Source: Thermoplasmata archaeon (lineage in GTDB: Archaea; Thermoplasmatota; E2; JACPAO01; JAHFTW01). From it: a stretch of 64,000 nucleotides of DNA. The DNA lies in NCBI GenBank assembly GCA_034667725.1, contig JAXDQS010000010.1:320001-384000 (forward strand). The letters run 5' to 3'. The position numbers were made by a program, and so were the translations under genes. Below are positions 1-8,932 of this stretch, piece by piece. The notes beneath the pieces were generated by a model. The model did no database searches. It was not told the origin of the DNA and saw only the letters and a list, made by a program, of their open reading frames with translations. Within the stretch, counting starts at the first letter, position 1. Every line of letters begins with the position of its first letter.

Positions 1-436
1 AATCTTGGATGCTGCCGTCCAACTCCTGCCGGGCTTGGTCATCCACGACCACGCCTACACCACCAGCGACGGCGTCAAGAGCGGGCGACTGGACGAGCTT
101 GCCAACACGCTCTACATCCTCGACCAGACCGCCTCTCGCTACAAGGATGGGGGCGGACTCGGCAAACCGTTCAAGGAAGTCGCCTTCGAGATTGCCCAGG
201 AACGGAACCTGAAGCACGGCAAACTCACGATGAACGACTCCGAGACCGCGCTCAATCAGTTCCGCGACGAGAGGATGATTAGGTTCGAGGACCGGGACCT
301 GACGCTGGAGTCGCACTTCACCATCGCCAAGGGATCGGTCGATTGCCTGAACGTCTACTTCGAGCCGCTGCCGAACCGCAAGCAAGTGCTCGTTGGCTAC
401 GTCGGTCCGCACCTAACCAACAAGGGGAATCGCTGA
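1..436 (+). CDS. 3' part of hypothetical protein (truncated by window edge); C-terminus resembles toxin/RelE-like domains ending in GYVGPHL
   Basis: Open frame to stop at 434-436, lower GC than the rest of the window; C-terminal NVYFE...VLVGYVGPHL. Confidence 0.6.
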   Translation, partial: ILDAAVQLLPGLVIHDHAYTTSDGVKSGRLDELANTLYILDQTASRYKDGGGLGKPFKEVAFEIAQERNLKHGKLTMNDSETALNQFRDERMIRFEDRDLTLESHFTIAKGSVDCLNVYFEPLPNRKQVLVGYVGPHLTNKGNR

Positions 437-970
437 TTATCCGACCTTGAACAGACGATGTTGGGGAACAGGAGGCTCGTCAAACAGGCGCACAGCCGCC
501 GATCGATGCATGGCGGATCGCAAGCGTGGCAGCCTTGCGCGATTCAACACCCTGGCCAAGATGTCTTACGCGGGCTAAGTTGACAAGCCAACCGAGAGTC
601 GTCATAGCTGTACGGCATTTTCCCTAAGACCACCTGCTCTTTCTGTCGACATGCCTCTAACGGCTCCCTGTGACTTCGCGTTGTAGCCCCGTTGTAGCCA
701 TCCGCCACCGGACCCACTTCACGGTCCGGTAGCCGGCGGCGTCATGCACCTGCGGCTCCAAGTCCACTTCCTGCGATGAGCAGGTGACGCGGAACTGGTT
801 CGGCACCACGTCCTTTGGCAGTCTACGAGTCTGCGATTCCCAACTCCTCGCAGATTGGTGCAACCGCGTCGCGAAAGTCTGAAGCAGAGCGCCTGCATCC
901 ACCCCTTTGGCGAGCAGGTCGGGTTTGTGTGCCAAACCCCCCCTAGTTCGTGTGCCTCCAGAATGGGCGT

Positions 971-995
971 CCGGGTTCAAATCCCAGTGTCCCCA
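971..995 (+). repeat. tRNA 3'-end fragment (T-arm + acceptor 3' strand), probable att site
   Basis: CCGGGTTCAAATCCCAGTGTCCCCA = TPsiC arm plus acceptor strand, no 5' half; coincides with a GC-content shift. Confidence 0.65.
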
Positions 996-1034
996 TTCTG
1001 CAGCCCGGCCGGTTTCGCTGCGAAGCGTCCGACG

Positions 1035-2231
1035 TCAACCCTGCACGGCCCGCCGGGCCGCGACCATCTGGTAGGCGGCGACCGTCAAGGTCACGACGAC
1101 GACCAGGAGCGTCAGGCCGGCGGCGACCGTGAACAGGCTGGACTTCCAGTCGAACGCGACCGGCGGCGGGCGGGGCTCGACGTTGGCCGTCATGACGGCG
1201 CCGTCAATCAGCTCGTTGCACTCGTTGCGGGCTTGCAGGCCGGCGTAGCCGGGCTGGACGTCGTCCCACCACAGGTCGAGCACGAACGCCTCGGGGGCGG
1301 CCTGCGCGAAGGTCATCTCGTAGGTGGCAAGGACAGCGGGGCCGTGGACCTCGACGTAGTAGTCGCCGAACTGGTCGAGCGGGACCTCGAGGGTCGCGGC
1401 GGCGGGCGCGTTGAGGGCGGGCGCCAAGGTGAAGTTGCCGAGGGCGGCGCCGTCGGGGGCGTACACGGTGAACGCGAGGGCGGTCGAGCCGGCGGGCGCC
1501 ATGCTCTCCGATCGGGCGGACAGGGTGGCCTTGCCGAACAGCCGCTCGTTGGGGATGGCGTGCACGCGGGAGTGGGCCTCCTCGCGCACCAGGTAAGGCG
1601 TGCCGTCGGCGGGCTCGGCATGGCTCCACGAGGCCGGCCCCTGGCGGCTGGCGCCGGCGGGGGAGCCGACGCGCAGGTGCATCTCCCAGGCGTCGGCGTC
1701 GCCGGCCGCCTGGATGGCCCCGGTGGCGTCGTCCCGGAAGCCGCGCTGCGTGACGAACCAGGTGGCCTGGAACGCGTCGGCGCCCGTGACCGGGTCCAGG
1801 ATGGGCGCGGGCCCCAGGCGCACGGTGGCGTCGATGGTGGTGGCCATCATGGTTGCCGGCAGCGTTTGGGAGAACCCGGAGGCGGCGGCTGGCACCAAGG
1901 TGTCGGCCGCGATGCTGTCGGGCGTGCGGTTGGCGGGCGCGAACTCGCCGACGTCGATGGTCAGCGGGACGGTGCCCCAGTTGCCCAAGGCCTGGATGCG
2001 GCCCTTGTTGAGGTCGGGGCGGAGCTTGGCCCAGCCGCATCCGGAGAACGGCTCCTGGACCTGGCTGGCGGCGTCGGCCCCCACCGCGAAGTGGCCCGAG
2101 GCGTGGGTGCCGGCCGCGTAGTAGTAGTCGATGCCGTCGACGTTGTACATCGCCTCCGCCTGGCTGGCGCCGGGCGCGGGCAGAGCCAGGAGCCCCAGGA
2201 GGACGGCCAGGGCGGGCAGCAGGCCGCGCAT
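1035..2231 (-). CDS. Secreted protein with C-terminal membrane anchor (398 aa)
   Basis: MRGLLPALAVLLGLLALPAPGA signal peptide, C-terminal TM; TGATG coupling to upstream gene. Confidence 0.8.
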   Translation of the reverse strand: MRGLLPALAVLLGLLALPAPGASQAEAMYNVDGIDYYYAAGTHASGHFAVGADAASQVQEPFSGCGWAKLRPDLNKGRIQALGNWGTVPLTIDVGEFAPANRTPDSIAADTLVPAAASGFSQTLPATMMATTIDATVRLGPAPILDPVTGADAFQATWFVTQRGFRDDATGAIQAAGDADAWEMHLRVGSPAGASRQGPASWSHAEPADGTPYLVREEAHSRVHAIPNERLFGKATLSARSESMAPAGSTALAFTVYAPDGAALGNFTLAPALNAPAAATLEVPLDQFGDYYVEVHGPAVLATYEMTFAQAAPEAFVLDLWWDDVQPGYAGLQARNECNELIDGAVMTANVEPRPPPVAFDWKSSLFTVAAGLTLLVVVVTLTVAAYQMVAARRAVQG

Positions 2232-2851
2232 CACGCGTCCCTCCGTCCGTGCAGCAGCCCGGCGACCACTTCGAGGTCGACCTGGCCCGCCTGGAACTTG
2301 AACAACCCGGCGCCGAGGGCGGGGATCAACGAGGCGGCCGCGGCGTACCATCCCCACGAGATGTTGGTGGAGGTGTAGCCGGTCGGCTCGTCCAGCCGCG
2401 CCGAGAACTGCGACTCCACGCCGTGGGCCGCCATCGACTCCGGCATCCACAGCCAAGCCATGACGGCGGCGGCCGCGATGGCCGCGACGGCCACGGCCAC
2501 GAGCGCCAAGGCGATCCGCCGCCGAATGACGCGGTCCACGAACGGAATCTCGCCGAGGAGGACCAGCCCCAAGGCGACGGCGGCCGTGGCAAGGGCGGCG
2601 GGCAGGTACGTGGCCAGGCGCTCGGCCAGCTCGGCGTCCGGCTGGACGTCGCCGGTCCAGCGGTCGGCGTTGTAGGCCAGATGGTGCCGGACGATGCCGT
2701 CCTCGCCTTGGTTGTAGGCGCCGTCCGGCGCCGTCTGGCGGCCGCTGCTGTGGTCGTACTCGAACCAGGTCAGGGACCAGGCGCCGGCCAGCCCGGCAAG
2801 GGCGAGGATGGCCATGGCCGCGGCGCCCAGGCTCCGTTCGTGCGGCTTCAC
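2231..2851 (-). CDS. Integral membrane protein (~4 TM)
   Basis: Four hydrophobic segments; GTGA overlap with upstream stop; GGAGGTG RBS. Confidence 0.75.
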   Translation of the reverse strand: MKPHERSLGAAAMAILALAGLAGAWSLTWFEYDHSSGRQTAPDGAYNQGEDGIVRHHLAYNADRWTGDVQPDAELAERLATYLPAALATAAVALGLVLLGEIPFVDRVIRRRIALALVAVAVAAIAAAAVMAWLWMPESMAAHGVESQFSARLDEPTGYTSTNISWGWYAAAASLIPALGAGLFKFQAGQVDLEVVAGLLHGRRDA

Positions 2852-4965
2852 GGCGCGCACCTCCGGAGAGCCAGGCAGGCGTCGACGGCCTGGACCGTGG
2901 CCGCCGGCCCCGCCTCTTGGCTGGGGGAAGCGCCTTGCAGCACGGGCATCCGGACGTACATCTGCGGGATGGCGGTCGAGTTGGGGAACGCAACCCCCGG
3001 GACCGGGAACACCGTGCGCGGGTCGAGCTGGAGTGTCGGCAGCAGCAGCTGGGCGTCACCGTCGAACGACACCACGACGTCGGAGGGGGTCGTGGCCGAG
3101 GCGTGGTCCGGGTAGGGGTACTGGAACAGCCAGAGCGCGAGGCGGTGGCCTTCGGGGATGTGGACCTCGAGGGGCTCGAACTCGACCTGGGCGACGTAGC
3201 GTTCTCCAGGCTGCAAGGCCTGGGGCTCCTCGCCGCCGGCGTAAAAGCGGAGGTTCATCTGGGCGTGGCCGACGACCGGGATGCCGGCCGGCTTCCACGT
3301 CATGACGGTGGAGCCTTCCGCGATGAGCGTGCGGACGATGGTGGGCGAGCGCACCAGCCCTTTGGGGTCCATGTCGAACAGCCACGCCGCCAGGAAGCCG
3401 CCCTCGCCGGTCACCTTGAAGGGGACCTTGGCCTGGGGCATGCCCGAGAGGTGCAGGCCGTCGGGGAACGGCTCGGAGACGAGCTGGACGATGTTGGTGG
3501 GCATGGCGCCGGTCGAGGCCTTCAGGGTCGCCTCGCCGGCGGCACCGCTCCCGAGCACGCCGTCGGCGCCCAAGGCGAGCGACTGCCACGCGGGGGCCGC
3601 CGGCGGGAACGCGTCCGCGTTGCGCCAGAAGCCCAGGTCGTCCTGGACCTGGATGGCCGGCCCGGTGTCCACCTGCGCGTCGCCGAGCAGGTGCTTGTCG
3701 AACCAGCGGGCAAGGATGTCGCCGAAGTCCATGCGGCAGGCGAGCACGACCCAGCCGGGCGCCCCGGGCTGGCAGTTGCCGTCGGGCGTCTGGTGGCCCC
3801 ACTGGCCGTACCACTCCTTGACCTCCAAGCCCTTGGCGCGCAGGGCGAGGTTGAACGGGACCGCCGAGTGCGGGTCCACGTTCCAGTCCTGCAGGCCGTG
3901 GACCAGGAAGACGCTGCCCTTGTAGTTGGCCAGGACGTCGTCGCGGTGGTCGCGCTCGACCCAGTAGGAGCTGGCGGCCGCCATGCGGCTGCCTTCCGCC
4001 GCCGCGACCTGGCCAAGGGCCTGGCCTTCGAGCGCCTCGGGGCACAGCAGGTTCTGGCGGTCCTGGTACTCCTTGCGGCCGGTGGCATGGCCGATCCCTG
4101 CCGGGGGAACCGGCCACGGCTCGCCGAGCAGCGGCCCGACGTTCTCCTCCCACAGGTCGCCGCCGGCGGGGAACTGCTCGCTGAAGCCGAAGCCCCAGTA
4201 GACGTCCTTGCTGTGCATGATGGCGGCGCGGGTCTCGGCGCTGCCGTTGTGCAGCATCAGGTCGTAGACGTCCGGAAGCCCGGAGATGGGGACGATGGTC
4301 TTGAGGTACGGGTTGCCGGTGCCGGCCGCCGTCCACGGCGTCGAGCCGTCGTACGACACGCCGATCATGCCGATGTTGCCGTTGCTCCAGGGCTGCTCGC
4401 CCAGCCAGGTCAGCGCCTGGTCCAAATCCGCGGTCTCGTCGGGGCCGAACAGGTCCATGCAGCCGCCCGCCGTGCCGGTGCCGCGCACCGCAAGCTGGAC
4501 GACCGTGTAGCCTCGCGGCAGCATGTTCTGGACCAAGAGCGGCGTCATCTGGGTCTGGTTCTCCATGGTGAGCCCGTCCTGCTCGTAGTACGGGCCCGCG
4601 TCCACGATGATCGGTGTCGGCGCCGTGTGGTTGTCGGGGCGCCAGACGGCCATCACGATGTCCACCCGCGCGTCGTCGCCTTGGGACCCGAGCACGCCCG
4701 TGAAGCCCATGGCGTCGGCCGCCGGCCCGTAGGCGGGCCGCGCCGACTCCAGGGTGATGAGCTCAGGCCGCATCGCCGGCCGCAGCGAGCCCGTTACCAG
4801 GGGCAGGCTCCCGGCGGCGCCGGTCATGTACGCGCCCTCGAAGACGCCCGGGTTCCGGTACGGCGAGTCGGTGTCGAACCCGTCGAACTCGTCGTACGCC
4901 TCCAGGCATCCGCCCAAGGTCAGCGCCAGCAGCAGGCCCGTGATGGCAAGCGACCGCGACCGCAT
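2848..4965 (-). CDS. CocE/NonD family (S15, X-Pro dipeptidyl-peptidase-like) hydrolase, lipoprotein
   Basis: Lipobox LGGC; RGTGTAGG, WSNGNIGMIGVSYDG nucleophile motif, HGLQDWNV, GQWGH. Confidence 0.88.
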   Translation of the reverse strand: MRSRSLAITGLLLALTLGGCLEAYDEFDGFDTDSPYRNPGVFEGAYMTGAAGSLPLVTGSLRPAMRPELITLESARPAYGPAADAMGFTGVLGSQGDDARVDIVMAVWRPDNHTAPTPIIVDAGPYYEQDGLTMENQTQMTPLLVQNMLPRGYTVVQLAVRGTGTAGGCMDLFGPDETADLDQALTWLGEQPWSNGNIGMIGVSYDGSTPWTAAGTGNPYLKTIVPISGLPDVYDLMLHNGSAETRAAIMHSKDVYWGFGFSEQFPAGGDLWEENVGPLLGEPWPVPPAGIGHATGRKEYQDRQNLLCPEALEGQALGQVAAAEGSRMAAASSYWVERDHRDDVLANYKGSVFLVHGLQDWNVDPHSAVPFNLALRAKGLEVKEWYGQWGHQTPDGNCQPGAPGWVVLACRMDFGDILARWFDKHLLGDAQVDTGPAIQVQDDLGFWRNADAFPPAAPAWQSLALGADGVLGSGAAGEATLKASTGAMPTNIVQLVSEPFPDGLHLSGMPQAKVPFKVTGEGGFLAAWLFDMDPKGLVRSPTIVRTLIAEGSTVMTWKPAGIPVVGHAQMNLRFYAGGEEPQALQPGERYVAQVEFEPLEVHIPEGHRLALWLFQYPYPDHASATTPSDVVVSFDGDAQLLLPTLQLDPRTVFPVPGVAFPNSTAIPQMYVRMPVLQGASPSQEAGPAATVQAVDACLALRRCAP

Positions 4966-4968
4966 GGC

Positions 4969-7005
4969 TCAGCTCCTGGTGGCCACGCGCACTGGGGAGC
5001 CGCCCGTGACGCCCGCGCCCAAGACCTCCCGCAGGACCTTGTCCTTGCCCTTGCCGACCAGGACGTCCTCGAGGACCTCCAGCACGCCGCGGGCCTGGAC
5101 GATCTCCACCCGGCTGCGGTACACGGGGTTCAGCAGGATGTCGTTGGCGTTGGCCGTCGGCACCACGACACGGGCGAAGCCCGAGTCCACGGCCGACTCG
5201 ATCAGCTGCGTGATGCCCTTGACGGCCTTGACGGCGCCGGTGACGGTGAGGCCGCCGATGACGACCGTGTCCTGGCGCACCTCGACGCCGTGGACGGCCG
5301 ACAGGGCGCTGACCGCCATGGCCAGGCCGCAGCCGCGCGCGTCGACGCCGTCCTGCGGGATGACGCTCTGGACGTGCAGGTCGCTGTCCGCGACCGTCGT
5401 GCCGGTGACCTTCTTGAGCCACGCCTCGACGATCTCGGTCTCGGCCGGGGCGCTGCCTTCGAGGCCGCCCCCGAACGCCATGAGGCCGCCCTGGCGCGAC
5501 AACGGCGCCGTGACGGCGGCGTTGACGGGCACCACGAGGCCGGCGGGCTCGCCGACCTCGCCCGTGCCGACCAGGCCGGCGCCGTGCGCCATGCCGACGA
5601 GGGCGTCGGTGGAGCGCAGGCCGTCGTGGCTGCGGCGCTCCTCCAGGCCCTGCTCGGCGATCTGCTGCTCCAGGCTGCGGCTGAGGCGCTTGGCCTCGCG
5701 CACGTCCTCGGCGGTCACGACCTTGCTGCCGCGCGCCTGCGCGACGTCGCCGGCCGTGCGCACCAGGCCGCCCAGCTCGCGCAGGCGGAGGGTGAGCTTG
5801 CCGCGCTGGCCGCTGCGGCGCTGGCCCTCGAGGATGACCTCGGCGATGGCGTGGGCCTCGAACTTGGCGATGCGGCCGTCGTTCTTGACCTCCTGCGCCA
5901 CGAAGCGGCACAGCTTGAGGCGGTTGTCGTGGTTGTCCGGCATGGTGCTGTTGACGTACACCTCGTAGCCGTAGCCGCGGATGCGGGAGCGCAACGCCGG
6001 GTGCAGGCCGGTGTGGCGGCCGTCCGGGGTGTGGATGGCGTCGAGGTTGCCGGCGGCCACCAGGATGAAGTCGCAGGGGAGGGGCGCGGTCTTGACCATG
6101 GCGCCGCTCGAGGTCTCGGACTGGCCGACGATGGTGTATTGGCGGTCCTGCATCGCGGTCAGGAGCGCCTGCTGGCTGTCGAGGCGCAGCACGTTGATCT
6201 CGTCGATGAACAGGATGCCCTTGTGCGCCTTGTGGATGGCGCCGGGCTCGACGCGGTCGTGCGCCGGCGTCTCCAGGCCGCCAGACTGGAACGGGTCGTG
6301 GCGCACGTCGCCCAAAAGGGCGCCGGCGTGGCTGCCGGTGGCATCGACGTAGCGGGTGTGGTTGGCCTGCTTGGGGTCGTACTCCAGCAGCACCTTCGGG
6401 ACCAGGTAGGGGGTCGCGTCCTTGGCGTTGCGGAACAGCGCGAACAGGAAGGCGGCCACCAGGACGGCGATGCAGAACACCATCACGGTGAGCAGCGTGA
6501 AGCCCTCGACGAAGAAGCCGGCGAAGCCCAAGCCCAGGATGGCGCCCACCGCGATCCACTCGACCAGCTGGCGCGCCACCTTCTTGCGGCGGGCGAGCCG
6601 GCGCATCTTGGCCGCGACCACCTTGCCGTTGCCCGGCGCCGTGGTGTTGACGAGGGGGGCGTTGGGGTCCTTCTTGTTGTGGACCATGAGGACGTCCTCG
6701 AGCTGCTGCGGCGGGAGCATCTCCTTCAGCGCCTTCGCGATCATGGACTTGCCCGTGCCGGGGTCGCCGATCAACAGCAGGTTGCGCTTCTGGGCGGCGG
6801 CCTTGCGGGCCACGGCGACCGCCTGGTCTTGGCCGATGACCTGCTCGATCAAGAGCTCGGGGACGGGGACGTTGTCCGAGTCCTGGATGCCGGACTGGCG
6901 GTCCACCCACTCGTAGGGATCATTGATCATCCGGTCGGAAGCGGCGGTCGCCTTGGCGTGGCCGTTCGTGGGGGCGGTCTGGGAGGCCTTGGTCCTGGTG
7001 GTCAT
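4969..7005 (-). CDS. lonB: Archaeal membrane LonB homolog with degenerate protease active site
   Basis: QVIGQD, Walker A GDPGTGKS, two TM helices, DPFQSGGLETP, Walker B LFIDEIN, ALRSRI, LRLRELGGLVR; catalytic Ser and Lys replaced. Confidence 0.9.
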   Translation of the reverse strand: MTTRTKASQTAPTNGHAKATAASDRMINDPYEWVDRQSGIQDSDNVPVPELLIEQVIGQDQAVAVARKAAAQKRNLLLIGDPGTGKSMIAKALKEMLPPQQLEDVLMVHNKKDPNAPLVNTTAPGNGKVVAAKMRRLARRKKVARQLVEWIAVGAILGLGFAGFFVEGFTLLTVMVFCIAVLVAAFLFALFRNAKDATPYLVPKVLLEYDPKQANHTRYVDATGSHAGALLGDVRHDPFQSGGLETPAHDRVEPGAIHKAHKGILFIDEINVLRLDSQQALLTAMQDRQYTIVGQSETSSGAMVKTAPLPCDFILVAAGNLDAIHTPDGRHTGLHPALRSRIRGYGYEVYVNSTMPDNHDNRLKLCRFVAQEVKNDGRIAKFEAHAIAEVILEGQRRSGQRGKLTLRLRELGGLVRTAGDVAQARGSKVVTAEDVREAKRLSRSLEQQIAEQGLEERRSHDGLRSTDALVGMAHGAGLVGTGEVGEPAGLVVPVNAAVTAPLSRQGGLMAFGGGLEGSAPAETEIVEAWLKKVTGTTVADSDLHVQSVIPQDGVDARGCGLAMAVSALSAVHGVEVRQDTVVIGGLTVTGAVKAVKGITQLIESAVDSGFARVVVPTANANDILLNPVYRSRVEIVQARGVLEVLEDVLVGKGKDKVLREVLGAGVTGGSPVRVATRS

Positions 7006-7009
7006 GCGG

Positions 7010-8845
7010 TCACATCTTCTTCTTGCGTCCGGCGCGGACGTGGGACTTGCGTTTCGCGGTGGCGGCGCTCACCGCCACGATGGCGGAGGCGGTCAAGGAG
7101 CCGGCAACGCCCATCACGACGCTCGAGGAGGTCGCGGGGGCGGGGTTCGGGGGTGGCGGCGGGTTCGGCAGGCCGGCGGCCGCGGGGCCGCGCAGCTCGG
7201 TCACTTCGATGAGCTCGGCGAAGTCGACGAAGCCGTAGTTGCCGACGGCGTAGAACTCGCGCTGGTAGAACTCCCCCAGCGGGCGGTTCTGGTACTCGAA
7301 GGGAGCCTGCGGCAGCTCCAGGAAGTCGTCGGACAGGTCGTTGTAGAGGCTCACGGGCTGGCTGTTGAGGAAGCCGTCCTTCTGCCGCAGCGCCTGGTCG
7401 CCGACCCGGAGGTCAATCTCCTCCAAGAGGCCGTAGTGCTCGTCGATGGCCACGATGGCCTTGAAGTACTCCGGCTTGTAGGCGTAGCTCGCGTCGTCGG
7501 GCCAGTCCGCCACGCGCTTGAAGACCAGGTGGATGACGCCGGAATACTCCCGGTAGATCATGTCCTGGATGTTGGTCTCCGCAAGCGGCATGTTGGCGTA
7601 CACGATCTGCAGCGCGTCGCCGTACGACTGGGGCTCGCCCCAGGCGACCAGGCGGGCGGCCGGGTCGTACTTGCCGTAGGCGCCGTCGAGGCGGACGCGG
7701 GTGGCGTTGCCGGCCACGACGACCTCGGTGGTCAAGAGCGCCATGCGGCCGTCCGAGCGCACGCCCAGCTTCGGGCGGCCGCCCGCGAGCGGCGCCTCCC
7801 CGATGTGCTCGGGCGCGCCGCCCTCGGGCCGGAAGCGGAACATGTGGATTTCGCCGGGCCGCGCCGTCGGGTCCCAGCTTGGCGCACCCGCGCCCTCGGC
7901 GACCAGGCAGCCGACGTACAGCCAGCCTTCGGAGATGACCGGGTTGGTGCTGGTCGCGCACGGCGCGATGACGTTGGCCGCCGCGGACTTGTAGGGGTCG
8001 CCGACGTTGGCGCTGGTGGACACCCACGAGATGGCGCCCCGGGCGGTGGCCGCGCCGGACGCCGGCGCGTCCTCGGCGGCCGCGGCCGGCTGGGCGGCAA
8101 GCGGGTCCCTGACTTTTTCCAGCAGCTCCTTGGCTTGGCCGGCCAGGCTGGGGTCGCGGGCCGCCCCGGCGCCGGCCGCCGCCAACGGCTGCTCGTTCCA
8201 CAGCAGGACGACGTGGTCGCTCAACGGGTCGTAGGCGAACCAGGTCTGGCCGATGCGGTTGCCGGCGTGCAACGCGTCGATGTAGTCCACGTTGTACGAG
8301 CCGTCCTGGTTGGCGTTGATGTCCTGCAGGCTGCCGAACTTCTGCGCCGCGATGACGTAGCGCCAGCCGCCCGTGCCGTTGCCGCCATTGTCCGGCGGGA
8401 CGGCGTAGAGCGAGGAGATGAACACGTGGCCGTACGGGTCGAGCGCGATGCCGGGATGCTCGCCGGTGGCCGTCGAGGGGATGCCGTCCGGCTGGAAGTA
8501 GGGCTTGTCGAGCCACGACGCGCCATGGTCCTGGCTGGTGTGCGTGGTGTACTGCTGGCCCCCGCGGCTGCGTGCCTCGGGACCGTCGCCGGCGCTGGAG
8601 CCGTGCAGGCTCGCGAAGATCATGTTGTTGACGTCGTCGGGGTCCACGACGATGGCCGGCGACCCCAGGGCGTCCGCGCCGTCCCATGCCTGGATGGGGC
8701 ACTGCCCGTTGGTCGTGTCCGGGCAGGCGATGAAGATGTCGTACTGGACGGCGTCCCGCGGCTCCGACTGCGCCAAGGTCATGGTGGGGGCTGCCGCCAG
8801 GAACAGGCAGCAAGCGACCAAGACGGGGCGATTCACTCCGAGCAC
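7010..8845 (-). CDS. Secreted, membrane-anchored protein with Asp-box/BNR motif (beta-propeller-like)
   Basis: Signal peptide, SQDHGASW Asp-box, Pro-rich linker, C-terminal TM + basic tail; start may be 8836. Confidence 0.8.
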   Translation of the reverse strand: MLGVNRPVLVACCLFLAAAPTMTLAQSEPRDAVQYDIFIACPDTTNGQCPIQAWDGADALGSPAIVVDPDDVNNMIFASLHGSSAGDGPEARSRGGQQYTTHTSQDHGASWLDKPYFQPDGIPSTATGEHPGIALDPYGHVFISSLYAVPPDNGGNGTGGWRYVIAAQKFGSLQDINANQDGSYNVDYIDALHAGNRIGQTWFAYDPLSDHVVLLWNEQPLAAAGAGAARDPSLAGQAKELLEKVRDPLAAQPAAAAEDAPASGAATARGAISWVSTSANVGDPYKSAAANVIAPCATSTNPVISEGWLYVGCLVAEGAGAPSWDPTARPGEIHMFRFRPEGGAPEHIGEAPLAGGRPKLGVRSDGRMALLTTEVVVAGNATRVRLDGAYGKYDPAARLVAWGEPQSYGDALQIVYANMPLAETNIQDMIYREYSGVIHLVFKRVADWPDDASYAYKPEYFKAIVAIDEHYGLLEEIDLRVGDQALRQKDGFLNSQPVSLYNDLSDDFLELPQAPFEYQNRPLGEFYQREFYAVGNYGFVDFAELIEVTELRGPAAAGLPNPPPPPNPAPATSSSVVMGVAGSLTASAIVAVSAATAKRKSHVRAGRKKKM

Positions 8846-8932
8846 CGATCCACCGCGGCTCCACAGGGCCGCGACCCCTGCGTCGCATTGCCGGGATAGA
8901 AAGCTTGGGGTGGCGTTGTGTTGCCCCGGCGG

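Noticed and set aside
657-980. Minus-strand ORF overlapping the tRNA fragment as a possible split-integrase piece
   Set aside because: No recognisable tyrosine-recombinase R-H-R-Y motifs; too short to support
940-995. Intact tRNA gene (CTCCAGA would suggest Trp)
   Set aside because: No D-arm, 5' acceptor strand or pairing anticodon stem; treated as a fragment
4969-7005. lonB as a pseudogene
   Set aside because: No frameshift or stop, ATPase motifs intact, tightly packed in an operon
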